Assembly: GCA_030141605.1 (NCBI GenBank)
Contig: JAQGDQ010000040.1
Location: forward strand, 682,001-746,000
DNA length: 64,000 nt
Direction: 5' to 3'
Origin: Tubiluchus corallicola
Lineage: Eukaryota > Animalia > Priapulida
Positions 26,943-38,200 of the stretch are shown here, in pieces. The notes under the pieces are model-generated. The model saw only the letters and a list, made by a program, of their open reading frames with translations. It was not told where the DNA came from and did no database searches. The first letter of the stretch is position 1; every line of letters starts with the position of its first letter. Made by a program: the position numbers and the translations under genes.

Positions 26943-27400
26943 CTGAAAGGTTTTACAAAGCATAAATACGGCACATCCTTACATTAGTATAATAATGCAA
27001 ACTGTTGCACCAATACTGAATGAGGTATTAAACAATTTATTCTTCAAACATAACTGATTACAGCTTGCACTGTATTTTGTAGCTGCATATAAATATAACG
27101 TACAAAGCAACACATAGTTAAAAGAAACAGAATGTCAAATATACCACACTTACCAATACGTCTTTAATTTGCTTTTCATTTACAAAAAAATAATATACAA
27201 TATCGAAGCGCAAAAACGTTTGTTTGCTTTCGAACTTGGACATGTAAACGCGAACGAATTTTACTTACCGTATTAATTTGCTTTTTCTTTCGCTGGAATA
27301 ACTTGCGCTTTCTCGGAGAAGTTAAAATAACAAGATCTTTTTCGAATTATTATATCTTGTATGAGTGTACGTGTTGGTACGACAGCTAAACGTCCTCCCC

Positions 27401-27442
27401 TATTTATACTGTTTCCGTGTAATTCCCCAGCTAGGATTTCCA
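27401..27442 (-). promoter_or_regulatory. Putative promoter of the secreted-peptide gene: TATA box and kB-like motifs
   Basis: Minus strand TATAAATA at ~27401-27408, GGGGAATTAC at 27419-27428 and a GGATTTCC element at 27434-27441. These lie about 135 bp upstream of the first splice donor (27269). Confidence 0.5.
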
Positions 27443-29266
27443 TTCCTACTCCCACGAGTGTTTCCTCCCTCCGCGTAAAATTTACACCCGGACACCGATT
27501 TTTAACGCTTTTTGAAAAGCGTGAATGCCTTCAAGCGTTACGGCTGTAAATTACAAGTAAAAATGTTGACCCAGCAAGCGGTTCTGTCTAAAATTTCGTT
27601 CATATAACATTACGTATTGATTTAAAATGAGAACAGTATCGTTCATTTGGAAAATAATGACCTATAATTTTATACTATTAGCGATATTTTTTATATAGTG
27701 GCGTTTAACCAGCATCCGGAATGCGTATGCGTTACACGTTATCCACCCGCAGAATAGCTGTGGAACAAAAATCAATAGAAAGGAACTGCAGAAAAAATAA
27801 TGCATAACGCAGGTCTGATAAACGATTTTGTCTATTGCAATATCCAATTCCAATAAATCTAACCAATATAAATAGATTTTATTTATCTAATGGGATGTCT
27901 AGTTTATTAGATCTCTAATGTTCCAGTTTCAGATCATCAGATAAATTTCTGGAAATAATGTTTTGTAGTTTCAAAATTTGAAGTAAAATGAAATTTTATT
28001 AGTCTGTTAAGTTCTGTTTTACATCCTATTCGCTTTTAGTAGTCCGGTGATATTTGTTTGCGTTACCGCCAAAAAAATTCGTTGCCCATCTGACTAACCA
28101 TCCAAACACATAAAATGACATAAAATAGTTTAGTTTTTTCGAAAAAAACTCAGTTAAATAGATAATAATCTTAATTACGACTTTTATTGTACAACATTGC
28201 AAACAAGTATAAAATACAACAATTTAGGGTTTTTACATAACATTTATGCCTACATTTATTATAACAACATTTTTACTATGACAACAGTTCAGCAACTTTA
28301 AAAAATTCTGCACGAATAATACAAAAAATACTGTTATATTTATCTGTAAACAAAAGTTATCTGTGGTTTTTGTTATTATACAATTAACGCACAGATCTAC
28401 GCATTGGCATTTGGGTTCGCAAGTTTCCATTCTGTCAGCTAAAATTTTTTGTGGAAATTCTGAAATTGAGCGTAAAAACTGCAACGCCTGACACAGAGGC
28501 AGTTCAGAAAGAAACACCAACATTTCCATTAAATGGCAAGAAACAGAGAGGAAAAATGACAATTCCTTCCACCTAATAAACTATAAACTTTTACATTATG
28601 GCGAAACCTCAACAAAGCCCAGTTGTGCTAAACTCAGGCATTGAGTTGTTTGCCGTTCTGGCATTGCAAAGTACGTACCTGATAACAAAAATGTGGCAAA
28701 CACTGCGTATATTACCGGGTTTCACTGACGTTTATGATGTCTTAACAGTCACACAGAAACACTGTAGTCCGAAATTATAGGTGACAAAACGCAAAAAACA
28801 TCCAAACTTAGGTTACATGTAAAAGTCACTCTTCGGAAACTTAAAACCATGGTGTTAATACGCAATCGCGTAATTAAGATTATAGTGATTGGTTTTGTAA
28901 CCATTTCAAGTAAGCCAATTTAGTTCATGTTAAGAAAAATACTTTTGCAAATTGAAGCACTTTTTCCTTAACAGTTAACATCATTGAACATTGTGAGATA
29001 GCAATTGCTAGGCCTATAAACTTTTCTTTGTGGCCTTGTTTTGTGGGGTACTATGGAAGCCGCAACCCCTACAATACTATAAATGTGACACTGCCACTAC
29101 TACTTCGAATTCTGCAATTGTTGACATCCAAGTTTTCAAAACCTACTGTGTAAGACAGCTTATCGATTAGTCAAGCTTTAAGAACATTCTCATTTCGCCT
29201 ATTTCTGGCAAGTTCTTATAAAGCGAGGGCTTATAACAGAAACTTTGTAAGATGCTTCATGATATC

Positions 29267-32200
29267 TTACTGCTCAGTTTCAAGAGAATCCCAAGTTGCC
29301 GCAAAAGGGCGTACTTCTATGTTTGACACACTTGCAACACTAGCGCTTGTGTTATTTGAAAGCACATCAAGTGGCACAGGCATTATTCTGTCTTTCACTT
29401 TGGGACTATCTTCTACTTTGTTCGTAAAACTTTGCCCAATTTTGTCATTTAGTTTTATAAGTTTATCTGTTTCAGTCGCTTGCTCCACATCCAAATCTGT
29501 AGAACCTTTGGTGCTAAAGTGTCCACTGTCTGTTGACGATGGTTTTTGAGGACTAAAATCAAGGTTAGCAGTCTGTTGATTCACTATGTTCTTTGCTGCT
29601 TTCATCATATGCATTTGTTTTGGAGTTTCAATTCTGAAAAAAACAGTAAACATAAAGTTATGAGTAACCTAAATTAACAAAAAATATTTTTCATTATGAT
29701 AGGCAAGCGACTAGCTAAATGATCGTGGTGCGTTTGAAGCAACAGATATGAATCTTAGTATAGAATGTAAAGAACTGTTTAAGTCATTTAAGATGTAAAG
29801 TGTCAAACTTTAAAAAAGTCATCTGCCAACTGGTTGCTTGACTTTGCAAATAATCACCTTCTAAATTAAGTATCGTTAACTGAGAAAAATGTTATTAGTA
29901 GCGACATTAACTTAAGAGCAAGATGAAAAGCTAGTTACGGACATTATGCAATGACTGTCTGTATAACTTTGATGTAAAACATGTAATTACAAAAATTTCA
30001 TTAACTTTACAGGCAATATAATACGAAAGATGCTTGTGCATGTGCATTGGACATATGATGTTGCAGACGCTATGATGCTTTTTCAATGCAAATCATATGC
30101 ATATTCATTGTTTACCATAACAAATTGCATATGTATTTGACTATTTTTTAAAGTGCTCTACTGTCTATATGTGCTTCTACATTTTCACAACAGAGTGCGT
30201 GATTGTGCGACAACATTGCCATCATGGCTACTTACTGTTAGAGTTGCCCAACTATAATTTTGGGATCTTTATCTGTTTTTCCTCTCTGTTAAGGAATGAA
30301 TTATTCATATGAATTTTTTTGTAAATCAGATAGTCGCTTTTTATAGAGTTGCCTTTCACACCGTTAAAAACTAAACTCGTTATAATTTGTACAATTACTT
30401 CATAGATACATAACACACGTATGCACAAAGCCATGTGTGCACAGATTGATGGTCCATAACATGTTGGTAGAGGAACAAAATTAACGAGTAACGGCATAGA
30501 ACTGCATGATAGTATTGCAGTAATAATAGAAAATCTATCATTTAGATAAGAATTTATGTCTAAGAATTTAGTCTGTAAGCCTCTATTGGACAGCTGCAAT
30601 CTTGAGAGATAGACTGTGAGAAATCACTGTCGAACTTAAGATCATTCAACACTTCTTGCGAATATTTCACACGCTTACATTTTGTGTATCGATAAAAGGC
30701 ATAATCACGAATTTTAGCCTCTTTTCTGTCTTTGAAAATAGTAGATCTGTTTGGTGAGGTTTGTGAATTCCCAGGCCATTTAATTCGACGAAAAAATGCA
30801 AGTGTTTTCGAGTTGCTGCTCCAATTATGATGTTTCTCAAGATTGCAGCCTATGCGAAACGCTCGACGCTTCCACACTACATAAGGAGGGTGTGATAGAT
30901 GTTGTATTGTTTGATGTTAAATTGAGTAAATTGAGTAGGGTAAATTGAGATTACGTAAACTCGTTGTTTTTGTATCCCATTAGCAAAACGTTTAGCACAC
31001 CCTGCATTAGCCTGTTTTGTAGATATATATCTAACATTATATGCATGGGATCGTTAGGCAAAGCACCGGGACAATTTTTACAAGGAACAGTGATACAAAA
31101 ACATGTAAAGTCTTCTCGAATAGGTCTTCCAAGACATAGCTACTGGGGTAATAATAACGACAGACATGTTAAAAATGTAACTGCTTATGCTAAAACTGTG
31201 TTGGAGAAAAGACTGACCTTTCATCTGGTGGTGGCGTAGGAAGTGGTCGTGTGAAACCATCTTTGCCAATCAACCAAAATGTTTTTGCTACGCCTTTGCC
31301 CTGTCAAGTTAATTGTAAAAAATTAGATGAGTGAAATTGATTGAACGCTTACTCCAATAGTAACTAAAAAGTGCAGTTAACGTGAAGTACTTCTGAATTC
31401 CAATTCAAAACTTTCCAGTTCTGCAAACATTTGTGCTGTAGATTTTACTACCCATCCGTCTTATTCACATGCTTGTGGAACAACATGCAAGAAGAAAAAT
31501 GCAGCAGAGTTGGCACCAGAAAGTGAGTTAAATATAAAGCAGTGTTCGAACTCATTCAGTGCATTTAGTTTGACAAAGCTTTGCCGGACATTCCACACAT
31601 TCGACCTACCATCCTCTGCACATTATATATTACATTTGTTTTCAAATATCGTTCGTAAGGTTCACGAGCCTTCCTTATGAAGAAACTCTTGAACTAGAGG
31701 ATCATCTGGGTATTTCAAAGGTTTAAACATGTTTATTTACAATACTGCGGTATGCTTGCAGATTGATGAACTCTTGCGCCGAAGAAAGAGGCAAAGAGTC
31801 TACCCTATTAATCATTAAAAAGCTTTTAAAAACTCACGAGTATATTTAATTAAAAACTACGTGCTTCACTTGAAGTGTTGAAGTGTGTGGACAGCGAGAT
31901 AGGTGAAGGTGGACTGACGAAAAGGCAATCTACAGTAAACGCAAAACTATTCAAGTAATTAGTAAACTAATTTTTATAAAACCATTTGCTTTTAGATGCA
32001 GTTACCTTGAGTTCCACCTCTCCTCTGTACTGTGTGTGATATCCACCTATATTTCTCAACCTCGTATAAAGAGCTTCACTGATATGTATTCGATGAGCTG
32101 CGAAATTAAAAAAACAATATGAAACATTACTGAGAGATATGTAATGTAAACACAGAATCTACCTGATAAATAGCTAATCCATATGGTAGAGTTCTCAAAA

Positions 32201-35200
32201 CACTCTGAAACATGGATTCCACAAAATTATCACAATTGTGTAGTGGCTTAGTAAGAAATCCATCAAATTCTGCATTGTATTTCTATACATAAAATGTTAT
32301 GTGTATTGACAGCGAAGGTACCTTTTCCAGTACTTTCCATTCTGGATGCCGTATTTACAGTATCACCAAATAAACAGTACCGTGGCATTGTCAGACCAAC
32401 CACACCTGCAACACAGTGCCCTAAAAATAAATTTTATAAAAAAAAATTATAATTATTTATTCACACGTTTGTTGCTGATATGAATGAAGGTTTGCAGCAG
32501 TCTTGCAGATAAAAAATTATTAAGATGTCACTTTAGTAGGCTTGACTGGGATCTAAAATACCACTGCCTCAATTAAGCATGAAATCAATTGTGCACAAGC
32601 TGATTGTTGATTCAATAAGAATATACAATACACAAAACCAATATACAATAGTCAAAACAAACTAACAAAAACCAATTCTCAGAAGTAGTAACCAGCTTAA
32701 GAAACCTGCATTTTGCTATAGCTTACACTTTTAAAACTTGTTACGTACCTGAGTGTAAACCTATTCGTAACATTAAAGGCTTTTTCGGCATGTGTCTTAT
32801 GACAAAGGTCCCACATTGGCTGAGCAAGTCCAATGCCATTGTTGCTATCTCTCCTGCATGGCGCCCTCCATTACGAATTGGCAGTCCACTTACAACCATA
32901 TATGCATCGCCAATTGTCTCAACCTGTTCAAAATATAATTGAATTTTGGAAGAAAAAATGTAACAATAAATTACTGTCAGTATGCTTGCTAAATATATAC
33001 AGAGACCATAGTCATAGCAACTGACTATGTGACTTTTTCCTAGTCAAAATTATGGCCTTTTCCCTGACTTTTTTCCTGTAACTTTATTATATTACACTCG
33101 TCTTGCAATGTTAGACTAATTAGACTCTAACTTTGAAAGGTTCTACTTTTTCAACAAACTTGAAAAACGGGGAATGTGAAAAAGTTGTGATACACCCTGG
33201 ATTTCAGTCAGGGACGTGAACTTTCAGCTTACGTAGTCCCTGGTTCAAATCTAGCTTACATCCCAACCTTTTCATGCTTCCCGTCTTTCAAGTTTGGTAT
33301 CATAACTTAATTAATTGTGAGTTTGTTCCACCATTAATAATAATCTTGACATTAAGATTGCAATGAAGCAAAATTTTCTTAATTAAAGTAATCAATTAGC
33401 CTTAACATATTATTTTTAGATATTAAAGTATGACTTATCCGTTAGCACTGCTAATTTTAGCTTATTACGCTTCAGAACTTTTTAGAATTTTTTAAAACTA
33501 TACGCATTTTATTTAAGCTGCAATAACACAATAACAATATCGTGCATTTGTTCTCAGTCGCATCCCATCTCTGTGCTTTAGAATTACCTTATAAACGTCA
33601 TACTGGTCAATTGTGTTATCAAACATTGTGTACAGGTCATTGAGTAAGGTTACAACTTCCATTGGTGTACTCATTGCAGATATGGATGTAAAACCCACAA
33701 TGTCTGAGAAGTAGATGGTAACGTCCTCATACGTCTCGGCGTCAATGCTGTACCCCATCTTGAGCGCATCTGCTACAGACCTGATTACAAAAGAAAACGC
33801 AGACTGTCAAAAATCTCTAAAATGCCAACAGTAAATTGTTGATTCGATTCGCTGACTATTTTCTGTACTTCCTTGCTGCATTAATACAAACAAACTTTCA
33901 GTTTTGGCTGAACATAATTGTTTAGCGATAAATTCTAAAAGCACATGCACTTCATAAGTAGAACCGTAATAAGTAAAATTCAAGGAGAAATAACAATAAA
34001 TGAAAATAGTAATTTTATAAAGTAAGAGTGGAAAATGTTACTAATTAACGATTATAAGATAACTAAAAATTGAAATCATCTAAAAGTCCGCTTCAGAAGT
34101 ATAAAATTACTTACTATCATGATAGCTGATTAATTTCGATAGTAGTAGCTGTTTGCAAAGAAATTTTAAATATCAATTTAATGTTAAAATACGATATCCG
34201 TTTAGATAATTATGAACTGTATTACGGCTACGCAGTATGCATTGCGACTTGATCAGACTGGCTGGTACTTAACAGAAATGTTATGCTATGTTTACAAAAT
34301 TAGTAGCCTCCAAAAAGTTAACTTACTTCGGAAGCATACTATATAGCAGCTGATCAGTTTTCTTCTTTTCCTCTGCCAACTGTTCTGTTCTTTCTCTCAC
34401 AATATCCTCTAGATTATTGGAGTATTTTTCCAGCATAGCAAACATGCTATCTACTATGTTAGTTTTCCTATTAATAAAGTGAGACTGTTAATACGCGCCG
34501 TATAAGGGATCACAATTGGAGGACGTTGGCAATTCTGAAATATATTCTAATCCTACCAGAACCATAAACATTTAGTAGGCTCTGCTTTAATGTTGGACAC
34601 TAGCTTGCAGGGTGCCACACTTCATACATAAAACGCCATTTGCTTTACGCAGAAAACTATACCTGTTTTGAACTTCTTAAATCCGGATCTTAAGTAAACA
34701 GTAAGCAGCCATAAAGACCAGAATGGGGACTGGACTTTCCGTGGCTCCGTGAAACCTCCGGTTTCAGCAGATCTACATAGCCATGGGATACGGATTTAAT
34801 TGGTAATGTAAACGGAACGCATGTCCGTCCATGACCTACGAAGGGCATGTTTTTTATCTTGTTTTTCACTGAAGCTTCCTATTTCATATTCTCATCCGTT
34901 CATTACAGTCAGTTAGCAAACATTGAATCATTAAGTCCGGGTAGTTTAAGAATAAGATCAATATTAAATTATGCAATAATTTAATAATTACACAATATAC
35001 TTTGAGATAATAATTATGGTACTTGTGAGTGTGAACACTTCGGAGCACTTCGACTACCGCACAGTCCTGACCAAACACTTTTTAATGCATTCGAGGGACC
35101 TGACAACGTGTTTTAATAACACAAGGTAAAATAAGTCCACAAATCTACATCTATTGCAAACGGGGATGCAAGTGGACGAAGTCATTAATAGTGCGAACGG

Positions 35201-38200
35201 ATTAAGAATATTCAGGACGCGTCCCGCATTTTCTTCGCAGTGTAAACGGGGCTTAAAGAAGTTCTCCTGAATGTTAAAAAAACTAGATGTGTTCCTAAGT
35301 TAATTTTTCGGCTAAAGTTTACAGTTTCCCATACTCTAGAAATTAGTTCGCGAAGCGGATTAGGATTAGGATTAGGGTTAGGGTTAAAGTTGGCTTAGGG
35401 TTAAAGTTGGCTTAGAGAAAGGGTTAGGGTTGGGACTAGTGTTAGGGTTGTTGTATTTAAATTGTGTGAGAAACGCCTTCGAATTTTTCAGAAAGCAATA
35501 GGTTAATGTATTTTTTTAGAATCTGCACTTTCAAATTCATCGGCGAAACACATTTGCATCGTATTATTCTGATGAATTAAACTCCGAATGCTTGTCAATA
35601 CAGTACAGTACAGTACAGTACAGTACAGTACAGTACAGTACAGTACAGTACAGTACAGTACGATACGATACGATACGATACGATACGATACGATACGATA
35701 CGATACGATACGATACGATACAATACAATACAATACAATTATGTTAATAACTCACTTTCCCTGATTCATGCCTTTGAAGCCGTCATAGATCAAGTCAAAT
35801 GTTGGTCTGGACTCCGGCATTTCCATCCAACATTGCTTCATGATGTGAATGGCTTCGGGCGGCGCTGACTGTGGCGACACCGAGGGACGTATAAGCGGGG
35901 GTGGTTTCTTTATCTTCCTTATTATTTCTACATAGTTGGTACAGATGAAAAATATTAGTCACAACACCACAACTATTAAAAACGCATCAGTCTGTATTTT
36001 CGTTTTGTTTTTTGGAAATTAACAGGTTCAATGGCCTTTGAAGTAAGTATTCACTGCAGGTAGTCAAGAGAAGCTGTATGGCACGGTTGACTGAACTGTG
36101 CCTGATTAGGCCATTAATCACAGGTAAAAGCTTTTCTAAGTCTTAAGCATAAAAGAGTACTTTGCCGCCTTAATCTTCGCGTTGAACGCAGCGCGAAGGT
36201 TCATAAATTTAACGAATCTGATTGTTTTATTTTATTAAAGACGATTAAATACAAATATATCAACATAGCAATATGCCAGAAAATGTTAATTAAAATTTGC
36301 TAAATATACTGCTGTAACATTAGATAAACGTTCAAGCGAGATTTGAAAATGTTAATCCGAGTTATTTTACAACTGAGTACGTTGAATGCTAAAACGTGGA
36401 AAAATAGAAATATCGACAAAATCAAAATAATATAACATAACATAATAAATCACGCAGTTACTGCTTTGGTAGCCTGTTATTTGAGTTGATTTCTGTATAC
36501 TACTTGTGTATATCTGTAAATGTTGATTACCAGTCGCATAAATTTTATATCCGCCATAGAGGTCACGCTCAAATTCTGTACAACTTGCTTTTTACGTTTT
36601 ACATTTTTTAGCATAATGATTCAGTGAGAAGGTTTTCCTCTTACCAAAATCAATGACGTAGCTGCAGGTTGAATCATCTCTTTAGTCTTTCGCGTTTTCA
36701 GAGAAAATGGGAAAAATTTTATAAAAAATCACGTCGCTACCTACAGAATCTGGGGAAAGCACAAATGCTAACAAATCTAATTGCAAAACTTGTCTTAACG
36801 CGCTCTTTCTATGCATAGGCCTACTCCTCAAAATAATAAGTATATTTCGCGTCAATGGTTGCATGCATCAGTATCACAAATTTCCAGCAGCCGATTAAAA
36901 GTGACACCACTCCAGACACTCTCGACCTGGCGGAAAAAGAAATGCTAGCGCAATTAGAATTACATGAATACTTTTTGTGAATGTACTGGTTTCCTCCTCG
37001 TACTCAGCACACAGCTAATTATGGTTTACAAGACAAGTACTAAATGCTGGATATATGCTTCCATTCATTGCTTAGACTGGATGAAGTAACTGATCGGCTT
37101 ATTGATCAAATTTTTCATCCTATGTTATTTGACACATGCAGTGTGGTGTTTCAGGAGTCAACAGTTCTTTTCTGTTTTTTAAAACTAAAATGTTCGTATG
37201 TTGCCACTTGCAGCTGCTCATAAATGCTAAACTTGGATGGGTCATTTCTGGTAACTTTGTTTCAGGGGAAGGTCAATGCAAAATTTAAAATGGTTTTCTT
37301 TTCAAAGTAGGCCTAGTTATATGAACTTATTTATGAACTGCATTAATTAACTAACAGTTCAGCATAAAAACATGGAATTGAATAAATTTTAAAAATGTAT
37401 AACTGTGTTCACATATAGTTTTTAAAGCAACTTAAGAACAATTCAAGTTTTGAAGTGCAATTCTCATTTACCATGCTGTGCGATAACTACACAAATAACA
37501 TTCATTTGCTACATCTCAAACGTTCGTCTCGGGTATATGACGCTTATTTTGGTAACTTTTGGCTTTAATTACCTTCTGCTGTTAGATTTATGTTGCAAAA
37601 TGGTGGCCGCCTCAGCATAACTTCCTGACAAATAATTGCAAAGGAGTAGACGTCGCCCATTTGGGTTCCTTTCTTCATCACTATAGTGTCCCTGAGTAAT
37701 TCTGGAGCTGTCCACAACAAATCTGAAAAGCAACAAATAATATAGTGACTTTGGATGTACCTTCGATCCCAAAAGCAGGGAAATAGCAAAAAAAAATTTA
37801 AAACCTGTTGCCCGTATTTTGTATTGCCAGTAAGTTTTGGAGTTATCAGGGTCAAGAGTACCTCAAATTTAATATTAAAGGTTATTTAGCCAACATACAA
37901 ACATTCAAACAGATACATATCTGAGCATTTCTTAATTATAGTCACATATACTAAAGCTGTGGGTTAGGGACCCTCGAAATGGCAATACGGCTGCCTAAGT
38001 TAAAGGGCACCTCGAGAAGGAATAGAAAAAGAGAAAGAAAGCGATGGGTGAAAAAGAGAAAAGGGAAGAAAGGCACAGAATACCAGAGAAGTTCAGTGTC
38101 GATGTAAACTTGTGATGTAAACATTGTGACTTAACAAGTCTTGTCAGAAATAGACTGGTTCACTTCCCCTATTTCTGATACCTGCATTATTTGTTGAATA

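Noticed and set aside
24568-29633. The secreted peptide as ligand or GCAP-like regulator of the adjacent guanylyl cyclase
   Set aside because: Only adjacency supports it. The main isoform has no natriuretic-type disulfide ring, and GCAPs are cytosolic four-EF-hand proteins.
30560-30877. 105-aa ORF as an additional cyclase exon
   Set aside because: Exon 31300-31218 joins 29633 in phase without it, and I found no convincing phase-compatible splice pair or motif.
35357-35450. Telomere or chromosome-fusion relic
   Set aside because: Short, degenerate and intronic; such TTAGGG-like tracts are common inside transposon-derived repeats.
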